Part shown: positions 24,640-38,231 of the stretch, in pieces
Layout: each line of letters starts with the position of its first letter
How positions within the stretch are numbered: the first letter of the stretch is position 1
NCBI RefSeq assembly: GCF_963921235.1
Contig: NC_086097.1
Location: 112,222,001 to 112,286,000, forward strand
Source of the DNA: Mobula hypostoma
Taxonomy: Eukaryota
Direction of reading: 5' to 3'
Length of the DNA: 64,000 nucleotides
Notes under the pieces: model-generated
What the model was told of the DNA's origin: nothing
The model's input: only the letters and a program-made list of their open reading frames with translations
The model's database searches: none
Translations under genes and position numbers: made by a program

Positions 24640-25385
24640 TCCATAAGCCCATAAGGTATAAGGGCATAAATAGGCCATTCGGCCCATCAAGTCTGCTACA
24701 CCATTCTATCGTGGCACATTTATTATCCCTGTCAACCCCATTCTCCTGACGTCCTGACTAATCAAGAAATGATCACCATGATCAACCTTTGCTTTAAATA
24801 TACTCAGTTACTTGGCCTCCACAGTTGTCTGTGTCAATGAATTCTGCAGATGGGCTAAAGAAATTCCTCTTCAAATCTGTTCTAGATGGATGTTCCTCTA
24901 TTCTGAGGTTGTACCCTCTGGCCTGAGACTCACCCAATATAGGAAACATCCTCTCCACATCCTCTCTCTCTCCCCATACCTTTCAATATTCATTCCCAGA
25001 AACATTCTTGTGCTGGCATTGGACTTCCTCCAATGCCAGCACATCTTTTCTTAGATAAGGGACCCAAAACTGTTCACAATACTCCATGTGCAGTCTGACA
25101 AATGCCTTATAAAGCCTCAGCATTAAATCCTTGCTCTCATATTGTCCTTTTAAAACAAATGTTTACATTTCATTTGCCTTCCTCACCACTGACTCACTGG
25201 CAAGTTAATCTTTCCAGAATCCTGCACAAGGTCTTCCAAGACTTTTTGTGCCTCTGATTTTTAAATTATTCCCCATTTAGAAAGTAGTCTATGCCTTTAT
25301 TCTTTCTATCAAAGTGCATGACCATACACTTCCCTACTCTACATTCAATCTGCCCCTTCTTTGTCCATTCTCCCAGTCTTCTAAA
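24640..25385 (-). mobile_element. Decayed CR1 3' fragment
   Basis: (CCATAAG)n tail and homology to the reverse complement of 12760-13500. Confidence 0.75.
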
Positions 25386-25589
25386 TCCAATCAACTAACA
25401 CCCAAATCCACTAAAATCAATGTGGAATGCGGGCCCACTCCAGCTGCTACATCACCTCTTGTGCCACATCCAACAATCTGGTACATTTTCTGATTAGCTG
25501 AGAGTGTGGATATGTATAGATGAATGCAAAAATGTCTTAAGGTTGCCTAAAAGTCTGAAAACAAACTGGATAAATTGATACTTCTTTTA

Positions 25590-25900
25590 ATTTATTTATT
25601 GAGCTTCAGCATGGAATAGGCCCTTTGAGACGTACTGCCCCGCATTACACCAGTTTCACCCTAGCCTAATCACAGAGCAATTTATAACGACCAATCAACC
25701 TACCAGCCAGCACGTCTTTGGACTGTGGGAGGAAACCAGAGCACCCAGAGAAATCTCACGCAGTCACTGGGGAAACATACAAACCAGAGCACCCAGAGGA
25801 AATCCACGCAGTCCCGGCAGAAGCATACAGCGGCGGGAAATGAACCCGAGTTGCCGGTACTGTAAAGCGTTGTGCTAATCAGTATGTGACTGTGCCGTCC
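25590..25900 (-). mobile_element. V-domain SINE with internal duplication of the core
   Basis: AAACCAGAGCACCCAGAG..AAATC..ACGCAGTC occurs twice (near 25733 and 25781). Confidence 0.75.
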
Positions 25901-26299
25901 CTTCTTCTGCATAAACAGAACTTAGCTGCTGATTAGAAATATCTACGGTTTAGCAGTCCACAAGCATCTTTTAGCAAAATTGGATATAAGCAAGGTACCC
26001 AATGCCCATCTAGTTAAGACATCATAATCAGTTAGGCCATTTACAAGCACATCATTTGAGTCAAACAAAAAAAAATTGCTATATTTAGAAATAAAGCTAT
26101 ATATCCATCTTTCAGCTACCAAACTAGATAACTGTCACAAGGATGAGAATAACCAGCATTTGCCTTCATAAATGTCCTATTTTAAATATAACCTAGTCAT
26201 AAGGAAATCTAATTTCCATCGTTTCTTCTATAATGAAGAACAAAATAAAGATTAGATGTAGGCCTGACCTTTAATTAAATTCAGATTTAGCTACAGATT

Positions 26300-28092
26300 T
26301 GGCTGACAAGGGAAATTAGGGATAGTATCAATTCCAAAGAAGAAACATACAAATTAGCCAGAGAAAGTGGCTCACCTGAGGACTGGGAGAAATTCAGAGT
26401 CCAGCAGAGGAGGACAAAGGGCTTAATTAGGAAAGGGAAAAAAGATTATGAGAGAAAACTGGCAGGGAACATAGAAACTGACTGTAAAAGCTTTTATAGA
26501 TATGTGAAAAGAAGAAGATTGGTTAAGACAAATGTAGGTCCCTTACAGTCAGAAACAGGTGAATTGATCATGGGGAACAAAGACATGGCAGACCAATTGA
26601 ATAACTACTTTGGTTCTGTCTTCACTAAGGAGGATATAAGTAATCTTCCGGAAATAGCAGGGGACCGAGGGTCCAGTGAGATGGAGGAACTGAGGGAAAT
26701 ACATGTTAGTAGGGAAGTGGTGTTAGGTAAATTGAAGGGATTAAAGGCAGATAAATCCCCAGGGCCAGATGGTCTGCATCAGAGAGTGCTTAAGGAAGCA
26801 GCCCAAGAAATAGTGGATGCATTAGTGATAATTTTTCAAAACTCTTTAGATTCTGGATTAGTTCCTAAGGATTGGAGGGTGGCTAATGTAACCCCGCTTT
26901 TTAAAAAAGGAGTGAGAGAGAAACTGGGTAATTATAGACCGGTTAGCCTAACGTCGGTGGTGGGGAAAACACCAGAGTCAGTTATCAAAGATGTGATAAC
27001 AGCACATTTGGAAAGCGGTGAAATCAGCGGACAAAGTCAGCATGGATTTGTGAAAGGAAAATCATGTCTGACGAATCTCATAGAAACAGCTGGGACCCCA
27101 GTTGTTTACAATATATATTAATGACTTAGACAAGGGAATTAAATGCAGCATCTCCAAGTTTGCGGATGGCATGAAGTTGGGCGGCAGTGTTAGCTGTGAG
27201 GAGGATGCTAAGAGGATGCAAGGTGACCAGGTTAGGTGAGTGGGCAAATTCATGGCAGATGCAATTTAATGTGGATAAATGTGAGGTTATCCACTTTGGT
27301 GGCAAGAACAGGAAAACAGATTATTATCTGAATAGTGGCCGATTAGGAAAAGGGGAGGTGCAATGAGAGCTGGATGTCATTATACACCAGTCATTGAAAG
27401 TATGCATGCAGGTACAGCAGGCGGTGAAAAAGGTGAATGGTGTGTTGGCATTTATAGCGAGAGGATTCGAGTACAGGAGCAGGGAGGTACTACTGTAGTT
27501 GCACAAGGCCTTGGTGAGACCACACCTGGAGTATTGTGTACAGTTTTGGTCCCCTAATCTGAGGAAAGACATTCTTGCCATAGAGGGAGTACAAAGAAGG
27601 TTCACCAGATTGATTCCTGGGAGGGCAGGACTTTCATATGATGAAAGACTGGATCGACTAGGCTTATACTCGTTGGAATTTAGAAGATTGAGGGGGGTTC
27701 TGATTGAAACGTATAAAATTCTAAAGGGATTGGACAGGCTAGATGCAGGAAGATTGTTCCTGATGTTGGGGAAGTCCAGAACGAGGGGTCATGGTTTGAG
27801 GATAAAGGGGAAGCCTTTTAGGACCGAGATGAGGAAAAACTTCTTCACACAGAGAGTGGTGAATCTGTGGAATTCTCTGCCACAGGAAACAGCTGAGGCC
27901 AGTTCATTGGCTATATTTAAGAGGGAGTTAGATATGGTCCTTGTGGCTAAAGGGATCTGGGGGTATGGAGAGAAGGCAGGTACTGTACAGTGTTCTGAGT
28001 TGGATGATCAGCCATGATCGTACTGAATGGCGGTGCAGGCTCGAAGGGCCGAATGGCCTACTCCTGCACCTATTTTCTATGTTTCTATGTTT
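26300..28092 (+). mobile_element. 5'-truncated CR1 copy (same subfamily as 14063-18419) with ~250-bp RT deletion
   Basis: Highly similar to the reverse complement of 14063-16106. CLTNLIE is joined directly to the LGPQLF-coding segment near 27085. TTCTATGT tail. Confidence 0.93.
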
Positions 28093-28139
28093 ACTCTCTA
28101 CCAAGCAGAAAGACAAATGATTCAGCATATCCTCAGACC

Positions 28140-28450
28140 ATAATTGGGTGGGTGGGACAACAACTAGAGGTCAGGCATTAAGGGAGAAATGGGAAAGTTT
28201 AAGGGGAACGTGAGGGGAAACTTCTTCACTCACAGTATGGTGAGGGTGTGGAATGAGTTGCCAGCATAAGTGGTGCATGCGAGTATGAGTAAGTTTAAGA
28301 AAAGTTTGGATAGGTACCTGGATAGTAGGGATATGGAGGGCTAGGGTCCCAGTGCAGATCGATGGAAGTAGGCAAGTTAAATGGTCCGAATGGTCTAGGT
28401 GGGCTGAAAGACCTGTTTCTGTGCTATATTTTTCTATATATGACTCTATA
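28140..28450 (+). mobile_element. CR1 LINE 3' fragment
   Basis: AAGTTTAAGGGGAACGTGAGGGGAAACTTCTTCACT..GTGGAATGAGTTGCCAG followed by a CR1 tail. Confidence 0.75.
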
Positions 28451-29821
28451 AGGGCATATATATGCACCATTTTTGTGACGGGAACTTGAATGCATACCTA
28501 TTAGATCAAATGCATGTTTCAAAAAATATAGGTGCAGAACTTCACTGACCACTGCAGTCAAATTAAAGCATGTAGCAAAGTTCCGTTGTAGAATACCTGT
28601 CATCCAAGCAGTGTTTAAGAGCAGCAGTTAAACTTGGAATGTCATAATCAGTTACAGATCAATTACACAATATAAGATTAATTAATGAAGTGAAAATAGG
28701 TGGTTTCTTTAATGAGTGGAAGACCTTTTCCAGAGAACTATGATCACACATGAACATGATAACAATTTTCGAGAAGACAAAAACTGCCCAGTGATAAATA
28801 CTTAGGTTGGTTGAATTCTGTCTAAAACAGATTCATCAGATAGCTCCTCAAGCCAGAGTCCCTGCTCAGTTAGATTGCGTCTGAGCTGTCAGTCAAAAGT
28901 GTTCATCTTCCCTTGACTCGTATACCTTTTCACCCCCACCCAGCCAAAATTTCAGTTTTATAAATTTTCATTGGCCTGGCACCCATTGCCTTTGCATTAG
29001 AAATAATCTCAATTTTCTAAATGATTTTGATCTAATTTTAAAATGATGCTCAGGATCCTCCAATGGAAATATTTTCACTGCATTCTGATTATTGGATTAT
29101 GTTATTGCTCAACCATCAAGCGCTTATAACAGTAATATTTCAGCATTCTCTAAATTCAACAGAGCACAATGAAATGTATTTAACTTGACCCTATATTTAT
29201 AATTATTTTGATGTATAAGGCTGTATAGGTTTCAAGGCAAGTCTACCTATTCTGAACTACAGGAGTCAAAATTAAATTTATACAAATATCCAAATGGTAT
29301 CTGACCTACGTTCTCTACAACCGGAACTCATTTATATATCCTGACTCAGTTGGGGTGAAGGTCAACATTCTATTTTTAAAATTATCTTTTGCATCTGTGT
29401 ATTGTCCTTTACTGATGTAAATGGACATCTTAATTCTTGTTACTTTCCAGCATCTAATCTCTTTCTTACCTCACACCTCCCCAGCTGAAACACCATCTCT
29501 TATTATTGTGTCCACTCACTTATTCTTTCTGTAACCTTTTTTATAACTTCTTGATAGCAAACTCACAACTTAGTGGCTCTTTGAACTTAATGGATTGTTT
29601 GGGTATCATCATCAAATATGGCTAAATAACTCTTTGTTCCTTCATTCAAATCAGTAATATGAATCACTCCAGTTGTAAGTTCATGGAAAATGACTTTGGC
29701 CACATCCCTTTTATTTTTATTGTTTGCCTCTTTCACAAAATTTCTGTTGACCCGGAATGACTTTGCTCTAATTTTAAAATTATACTCTTGTTCTGGATTC
29801 CCCAGCTATAGTAAGTGGAGT

Positions 29822-30850
29822 TATAGAGTTATAGAAAATTGCAGCACATAAGCAGGCCCTTTAGACCATCTAGTCTATGCTGAGCCATTTAATCTGTCTA
29901 CCTCCATCAACTTGTACCAGGAGCATAGCCCTCAATAGGGCAGGAGGAGAAGATGGCGACGTGACGCAGCGTGCGCAGTTCTCCAGTGAAATTATATCGT
30001 ATTTTTTAAATAGGGTATCGTGCACAATTCCGATTTGATGGAGACAGACGTGAGAAGGCACAGAGGAACATCTGGAGAAATTTCTGAAATGCCTGGTTCG
30101 CTGCCGCTGCTATTGTGCGATTGAGAATCTCTGGAGGGATGGCCCCAAAATCCCTGGCTTTGCCTGCAGCTGGCGACTGAGGCTGAGGACGAAGCGTTCC
30201 ACAGAGATGGCGCTCGGTACTCGGTGTCGGAGGGCTGATCGGAGCTCGAAGTTTTCGGACAACTCAGAGTCAGACTGTGGTCGGGCATGGCAGGGAGAGT
30301 TTTCTTCCTTCTCCTGTCTGCGTGAGATGTGGGACTTCCGAGAGACTTTGAACTTTTTTACTGTGCCATGGCCTGTTCTTCATCAAGTTATGGTATTGTT
30401 GTACTGTTGTAACTATATGTTATAATTATGTGGTTTTTGTTAGTTTTTCTGTCTTGGTCTGTCCTGTGTTTCTGTGATATCACAGCGGAGGAATATTGTA
30501 TCATTTCTTAATGCATGCATTACTAAATGACAATAAAAGAGGACTGCGTGTCCTCATAATCTAAAAAAAAATACCCCTACTATTCATGTACCTATCCAAA
30601 CTTTTCTTAAATGTTGAAGTCAAGCTCACATGCACCACTTGTGCTGGCAGCTCATTCCACACTCTCACAAATCTCTGAGTGAAGAAGTTTCCCCTCATTT
30701 TCCCCTTAAACTTTCCACCTTTCACCCTTAACCCATGACCTCTAATTGTAGTCACACCCAACCTCAGAGGAAAAAGCCTGCTTGCATTTACCCTATCTGT
30801 ACCCCTTATAACTTTGTATACCTCTATCAAATAGCCCCTCAATCTTCTAT
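29822..30850 (-). mobile_element. CR1 3' fragment interrupted by the 29938-30569 insertion
   Basis: RGYLIEVYKVIRG..RGNFFTQRFVRVWNELP at 30570-30850, with its tail at 29822-29937. Confidence 0.8.
29938..30569 (+). mobile_element. Non-coding non-autonomous retroposon (CpG-rich head, LINE-like tail)
   Basis: Starts GGGCAGGAGGAGAAGATGGCGAC and ends CAATAAAAGAGGACTGCGTGTCCTCATAATCT(A)n. It interrupts a CR1 fragment with a short AATA duplication. Confidence 0.65.
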
Positions 30851-31543
30851 GTAAAATAAATAGTTACTCCAATTAATTATTTTACTCTTTCAAATGCCAT
30901 CTAGTTAAAACAATGAAAATTCGGTGCTGTCTAAATAATACAACTCAACTGATATCAGGAAGCTAATTCTGAGGTAACCAGTTCTATTTATAGTGTACGT
31001 AAATCATTGCTGTCAGAAAATATCTCCACATTTTACAGCTCAAGGAAACATAGATGTAACATAGTGTCATTACAATGTCATGTGCAAACTTATGGAAATT
31101 TTATTCCCACTGGCATTTTTTCTTTGAGTTTCATAAAGTGCCTTTACTGGACAAATATAAAGACTTTAATGAGTGGTTGACATTTGAGGCTGAGATGCTG
31201 CATCAGGACTGGAAAGGAAGGGGGAGGAAGCAAAAATAAGAAGGTGGAGGGAGGGGAAGGAGGACAAGCTGGCAAGTGATAAGTGAAACTGGATGAAGGA
31301 AAAGATGGATGAGTGGGGGAGTGGGGAGGGGGGATGAAGTGGGAAGCTGAGAGGTGATAGCAAGTCTGGGTGAGCACATGGACAAAGAGTTGGAGAGCAG
31401 CAGTTTACAGAGGGGGGAGCAGTGAGAGAGGGTCTCACTGAAGCCCCGTTAAAGAGGAGATTTAAACTTCTTCAGGGTAGGCATTCCTTGAAGAGGCATT
31501 GCAGAGAAGCAGCAAGTCCACAGACACAATATATTCTGTAGAT

Positions 31544-33488
31544 CCACAAACCTGCCTGTCCAGTTAGACCCATTGTCTCTGCTTGCTCCTGCCCCACCGA
31601 ACTCATTTCTGCATACCTCGACAGTGTTTTATCCCCCCTTCTTCAATCCCTTCCCAGCTATGTTCGTGACACTTCTCACGCTCTGAATTTTTTCAATGAT
31701 TTTAAGTTCCCCGGCCCCCACCACATTATTTTCACCATGGATGTTTAGTCCCTATATCCCTCCATCCCCCACCAGGAAGGTTTCAAAGCTCTCCACTTCT
31801 TTTTGGATTCCAGACCTAACTAGTTCCCTTATTAGTTCTTACTCTTAATAATTTCTCCTTTGGCTCCTCCGTATGGGTCCCAGCTATGCCTGCCTTTTTG
31901 TTGGCTTTGTGGAACAGTCCATGTTCCAAGCCTATACTAGTATCCGTCCCCCACTTTTCCTTTGCTACATTGACAACTGCATTGGTGCTGCTTCCTGCAC
32001 GCATGCTAAGCTCGTTGACTTCATTAACTTTGCCTGCAACTTTCACCCTGTCCTCAAATTTACCTGGTCCATTTCTGACACCTCCCTCCCCTTTCTTGAT
32101 CTTTCTGTCTCTGTCTCTGGAGACAGCTTATCCACTGATGTCTACTATAAGCCTACTGACTCTCACAGCTACCTGGACTATTCCTCTTCCCACCCTGTCT
32201 TTGCAAAAATGCTATCCCCTTCTCGCAATTCCTCCACCTCTGCCGCATCTGCTGTCAGGATGAGGCTTTTCATTCCAGGATGAAGGAGGTGTCTTCCTTT
32301 TTTAAAGAAAGGGGCTTTCCTTCGTCAACCATCAACTCTGCTCTCAAACGCATCTCTCCCATTTCACGCACATCTGCTCTCACCCCATTCTCCCACCACC
32401 CCACTAGGGATAGGGTTCCCCTTGTCCTCACCTGCCATCCCACCAGCCTCCGGGTCCCACATATAATTCTGCGTAACTTCCGCCACCTCCAACGGGATCC
32501 CACCACCAAGCACATCTTTCCCTCCCCCTCCTCTTTCTGCTTTCCGCAGGGATTGCTCCCTACACGACTCCCTTGTCCATTTGTCCCCTCCATCCTTTCC
32601 CACCGATCTCCCTCCCGGCACTCATCCTTGTAAGTGGAACAAGTGCTACACATGCCCTTACACTTCCTCCCTCACTACCATTCAGGGCCCCGAACAATCC
32701 TTCCAGGTGAGGCGACACTTCACCTGTGAGTCGGCTGGGGTGATATACTGCGTCCGGTGCTCCTGATGCGGCCTTTTATATATTGGTGAGACCTGACGCA
32801 GACTGGGAGATCGTTCGTGTTTGTTTCGCTGAACACCTACGCTCTGTCCGCCAGAGAAAGCAGGATCTCCCAGTGGCCACACATTTTAATTCCACTTCCC
32901 ATTCCCATTCTGATATGTCAATCCATGGCCTCCTCTACTGTCAAGATGAAGCCACACTCAGGTTGGAGGAACAACACCTTATATTCCGTCTGGGTAGCCT
33001 CCAACCTGATGGCATGAACATTGATTTCTTTAACTTCCGTAAATGCCTCCCCTCCCCTTCTTACCCCATCCCTTATTTATTTATTAATTATTCCCTCCCC
33101 CTTTTTTCCCCCTTTTCTCTCTCTGTCCCTCTCACAATCACTCCTTGCCTGCTCTCCATCTTCCTCTGGGCTCCCCTACCCCTTTCTTTCTCCCTAGGCC
33201 TCCCATCCCATGATCTTCTCCCTTCTTCAGCTCTGTATCCCTTTTGCCAATCAACTTTCCAGCTCCTAGCTTTATCTCTCCCCCTCCTGTCTTCTCCTAT
33301 CAATTCGGATCTCCCCCTCCCCTTCCCCCTTTCAAATCTCTTACTATCTCTTCTTTCAGTTGGTCCTGACGAAGGGTCTCGGCCCGAAACGTTGACTGTA
33401 CTTCTTCCTATAGATGCTGCTTGGCCTGCTGCGTTCCACTAGCATTTTGTGTGTGTTGCTTGAATTTCCAGCATCTGCAGATTTCCTC
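31544..33488 (+). mobile_element. 5'-truncated Penelope-like element: RT plus GIY-YIG endonuclease (pseudogenised) and pLTR
   Basis: MGPSYACLFVG, CYIDNCIG (YxDD decayed), LPFLD, VYYKPTDSHSYL, CYTC..FTCESAGVIYCVRC..YIGET..FAEH..VATHFN..GSLQPDGMN. 13-bp TSD ATATTCTGTAGAT at 31531-31543 and 33489-33501. Confidence 0.92.
33361..33398 (+). ncRNA. Minimal type I hammerhead ribozyme motif in Penelope 3' repeat
   Basis: UGGUC-CUGACGA-A-GGG-UCUCGG-CCC-GAAAC-GUU-GACUG. Confidence 0.8.
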
Positions 33489-34704
33489 ATATTCTGTAGA
33501 TGCTGGAATTCCATAGTAACACACACAAAATACTGGAGGAACTCAGCAGCTCTGGCAGCATCTGTGGAGAGGAATGAATAGTCAAGGTTTCGGGCTGAGA
33601 CTCATCATCACTTGCCAACTTGTACACCTTCCCCTCCCTCCAACCTACTTACTCTGGTTTTTCCCCCCTCCTTTGCAGTCCTGATGAAGAGTCATGCACC
33701 AAAACTTCAACAGTTTATTCCTTTCCATAGATGCTACCTGACCTGCTGAGTTCCTCCAATATCTGATGTGCCTTGTTCTTAAAATCATACTAAACTGAAT
33801 GATTCTCAGTCGCCAACACTGCATTCCTCTTACTTCCCTTGATCCCAAAAACTGTTTTCAGTTCCACTTCTTGCTGATGTTAATTGTTTCAGAAGTGCCT
33901 GATAGGAATCTAATAATTCACAACTTTCCCCTGCCATTGGTGCCATTCCTGACATCTTCACAAGGGTTGGATGTATTTACAGTACCCCAAGAAATAAAAT
34001 CTTCTGCTCCTCTCGACTTTCTTAAGCACTCTGATTCTTACACCAATGTCAACCGTGACCCAACGGAAGATTACACCTTGCCTTGTGAAAAAGCCATCCA
34101 ATTAATAATCATCTGCTCTTTACTTATAATCTGACAAAATTCTCCTTTTCCAGATTATATAAAATTCCCAACAAACAAGTCCATTTCCACTACCCTCACA
34201 GGACTAAGTTCTTGAATAAAAATACCACGGCTAAAAAAAAATTATTTTCATCTCCATTCCAGTTCTTAAGCTATAATTATACTTTTGAAGGAACTAAAGA
34301 AAAAAACGTAAAAGTGGACCAAAATGGTGGGCTCTGTCAAAGTTACTTCCTGAATAATTGTTTATATATATTATTCATGTAATGCAAGATGACTTAACAT
34401 GGATTAACTTTACACCACTCTAGTTTCCTGATGCTCTGTGTTAATACCACATGCCAACTTTCATGTTGACAACGTCAACTTTGCTTGACCAAGGCGTGCA
34501 TTTCATAACATTAAAATACAAGACTGGCTGACAATTGAACCATATATAATTTGGCTTGGCTTTAATATAAAACAGATAACTTTAATGTGTCAGTGGAAGG
34601 GGCCTGAATTCATGACAAGAAGATACCATCAGAATCTAATCAGATCTTGGATCAGGCCTAGGATAAAAGTGTACTTTTTTTAAACTGACATCCGGAGCTT
34701 ACTG

Positions 34705-35497
34705 TGTACATACATCTATTGATGCTTCTGGACACATCTTCAGTGATGTTCCTGGAATCATCGGGTGTTTCGGGTCTTTCAACATCATACAGCCTCCTCC
34801 AGGTGACCCAGCCGGGGCTGATCAGACCCCAGCTTGTGTCCAGATGGCTAGCTACTTATGACTCCATGGCTCCCCTCTTCTGAGCCACAGCCATCTTGAG
34901 GCCCTCTCTGCTGCATTGGTGGTACTGTGGATGGCTCTCCTCTTCCTCTCTCCCTCGATGCCCAAATTGCTGAAGGCTCTGGCTAAAGAACGGGCTGCGA
35001 ATCCCCTATAACCAACCTCCACTGGGAGACACCTCGCTCTCCATCCAGCCTGCTGACAGTTGCTGCCAGTCCTGCGTACTTGGAGAACTTCCTTTCAAAG
35101 GCCTCTTCCAAGCTATCTTCCCATGGGACTGTCAGCTCCAGCAGCACTACTTGCTTAGTCGACTCAGACACTAGGACAATGTTTGGTCACAGGGTGGTGG
35201 CTGTGATATGGTTGGGGAACTTCGGCTGCCCTTCGAGGTCCACCAACAGCTGCCAGTCCCTTGCAGAGGTCAGAATACCTGCAGGTGTTCTTTTGGCAGG
35301 TATTGGCTGCTCCCCAGCTCTGACAAAGGCAATGGTCTGCTTGGAGAGTCGGGACCGCTTCGCCCACTCAACTCCTGCACTGATGGCTTCAGCGATGGTC
35401 TTCAGGACCTGATCATGCCTCCACCTGTACCGTCCCTCACCAAATGCCCTTGTGCAGCCGCTGAGGATGTGCTCCAGGGTTCCTCGCTTGGAAGATT
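34705..35497 (-). mobile_element. Second HERO-like element, 3' fragment
   Basis: GTLEHILSGCTRAFGEGRYRWRHDQVL, DWQLLVDL and VLLELTVPWEDSLEEAFERKFSKY. Confidence 0.85.
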
Positions 35498-35512
35498 CAT
35501 CTTGTGGAAATA

Positions 35513-36490
35513 TCAGAATCAGAATCAGATTTAATATCACCAGCACGTCGTGAAATTTGTTATCTGTACGGCAGCAGTGCAGTGAAATACATGATAAATA
35601 AATATGAAGGAAAAAACTGAGTTACATTAAGTATATATATGTCTATTAAATAGTTAAGTTAAACTAAGTAGTGTAAAATAACAGAAGTAAAGAAGTAGTG
35701 AGTTAGTGATAATGGGTTTAATGTCCATTAAAAAATCGGATGACGGAGGGTAAGAAGACGTGTCCTCCGAATGCTTGGACTTTATATACTGAATCGCCGA
35801 GTGTGCATTCAGGCTTCTGTACCTCCTTCCTAATGGTAACCCTGTGAAGAGGGCATGTCCTAGATGGTGGATATCCTTAATGATAGACCCTGCCTTCCTA
35901 AGGCACCGCTCCTTGAAAATATCTTGGATATTATGGAGGCTAGTACCCATGACAGAGATGACTAATTTTACAAGTTTCTGTAACTTATTTGATCCTGTGC
36001 AGTAGCCTCCCCTCCCCATACCAGACGGTGACGCAGCCGATCAGAATGCTCCCCACGGTACATGTGTAGAAGTTTTTGTTTAATTCCTTACTACACTTCA
36101 CCATTAGAATCAGAGTCAGTATATTCTCACTGACATATTGTATGTTGTGAAATTTGCTTTGTGGCAGCAGTACAGTGCAATACATGTAAAATTACTATAT
36201 GTTACAATAAGTATATAAAAATTAAATGGCGTAAAAAAGAAAGCAAAGTAGCAAGGTAGTGTTCATGGGTTCATGGGCCACTCAGAAATCTAATGGCGGA
36301 GAGGAAGAAGCTCCTCCTAAAATATTGTGAGTGTGTCTTCAGGCTCTGGTACCTACTCTGTGATGGTAGTAATGAGAACAAGGCATGTCCTGAATGGTGA
36401 GGGTCCTCAATGAGGGATGTTGCCTTCTTGAGGCACTGCCTTTCAAAGATATCCTTGCTGGTGGAGAGGCTAGTGCCTGGGATGGAGCTG
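35513..36490 (-). mobile_element. Two adjacent Rex1-type 3' fragments
   Basis: (TCAGAA)n tail at 35513. DIFKERCLRKAGSIIKDIHHLGHALF..GRRYRSL. A second tail starts near 36105. Confidence 0.7.
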
Positions 36491-38231
36491 AAGGCATGAA
36501 TTCATGAATGCATGGTTACAAAAACACCATTAATGTATAGAACTTGTAGAGTGTATTCTGTAGGCTATTGTGCAGTTTTGGCTCTTCAACAGTATCAGCA
36601 TACTGTATCATGATGACAATTACACAAACAGTATGTTGTGTTGTCTCATTTGATATTAGTTCATGAAGCCTTTGAGCCTTTGGGAAAACAGTGGAACAGA
36701 GCACAATGCTTCTAACTATGGATTTTATGTTCTTGTCCGCCAACTGTCTTTAGTGTTATAGATTACTATGAGCAAAACTGAGCAAGATATCCTTGAAGAC
36801 ATAAGCTATTATGATTTCTATTATGACATCTACTGTGATCTTGTTGCTAATGAAGCACACTTTGTTTTTATCTCAGGATTTATGCTTTCTATCAAGATTG
36901 CAGCTACTAGTCTAATTATGGAATCATTGTCGCTTATAATGAGTTTAGATGGCTTAAAAACATCTACAAATCAGATCTTTTGAACTTCTTAACCTTCTTT
37001 TCCTTTTAATCATTTGGATTATATGCCAAGACTTCATTTGTCCATTTAAATTTTATTGATAATAATAGATTCTGTAAGTTTGAACATTCTAATCTCAATC
37101 AAGAACTGCATAACTTACATAAATTTTGTGAATTTGAAGATTCTATTTCCAATCAAGAATCACATCAGAGAAGCTCTTATTCTCTTCCTACATAGGACAC
37201 ATTCACCTGAAACTGTGAGGCTCTGGTATCCATTATTTATGTAACTTCCATTAAAAAGTAAAATCTATAAATGCTAATGCAGGAGATAAAGTCACTGCTG
37301 ACAGATTATTAAATCACATCAGAAAAGTCCTTTCATTTTGTGTTATATATTCTTCCCTCAAACATTTTCCTGCTGGATGAGTTTAGAAACTCGTCTATTC
37401 CATGAATCAGTTAAACATGCCATAGAAAGTGTAGGCCTAACTTATGCCTAAATAGTTAGGCATAAGTATTAGGCCTAGGCCTAAATAGGCATACAGAATT
37501 CCACCGTGAGTTGGCAAAAACGAAGTCAGAATCCGAATCAGGTTTATTATCACTGGCATACAATATGCCAGAAATGTGTTGTTTTGTGGCAGCATTACAG
37601 AGCAAGACATAAAAAATTACTGCAAGTTAAATTAAATAAATAAAGCATGCAAAGAGAAATAATGAGTAGTGTTTATGGATTCATGGAATATTCAAAAATC
37701 TGAAGCAGAGGGGGATTCAGAATCCATACAATGAATATTTACATTTGTTTATTCCATGACTTTAGTCAGCTTTTTGCATTGGTTTTATTTTAGGTATCCT
37801 CAATCTGTTTACTTTCAGATAAAATTGTGTGAAGTCTTAAAAATGTATTTGTGTAATACAAAAAAATGGCAGCATATTACCTGATTTTGAAGGCTAGTTC
37901 CTGCTAATGTCAATGAAAGGAGTTAAATGGGGTTTCAAATGCAATAACCAGCAATCATTTTACTTATTTAATGGAAAGTGATTGAAAAAATTCCGTATTC
38001 TGATGCTAAAATGGCATTTCATTCAAAATATATATTAAGCAGATTTGAACAGATTGATAAAGTAATGGAGCTCCTACCATAATTATGATTGTGGTAATTA
38101 TGATTGGCAAATCGGTGTCCTAAATACAACCAGAGATGCAGAACATTATACTTCTATTGCTAACAATACCATCTATCTTGATGTTAGGCACAAATATGGA
38201 CATGTAGCTCTTCACTCTTACCATCCAAGAT

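Noticed and set aside
36500..37250. Short ORFs in an AT-rich stretch
   Set aside because: No recognisable motifs or splice structure, so probably an unrecognised ancient repeat or neutral DNA.
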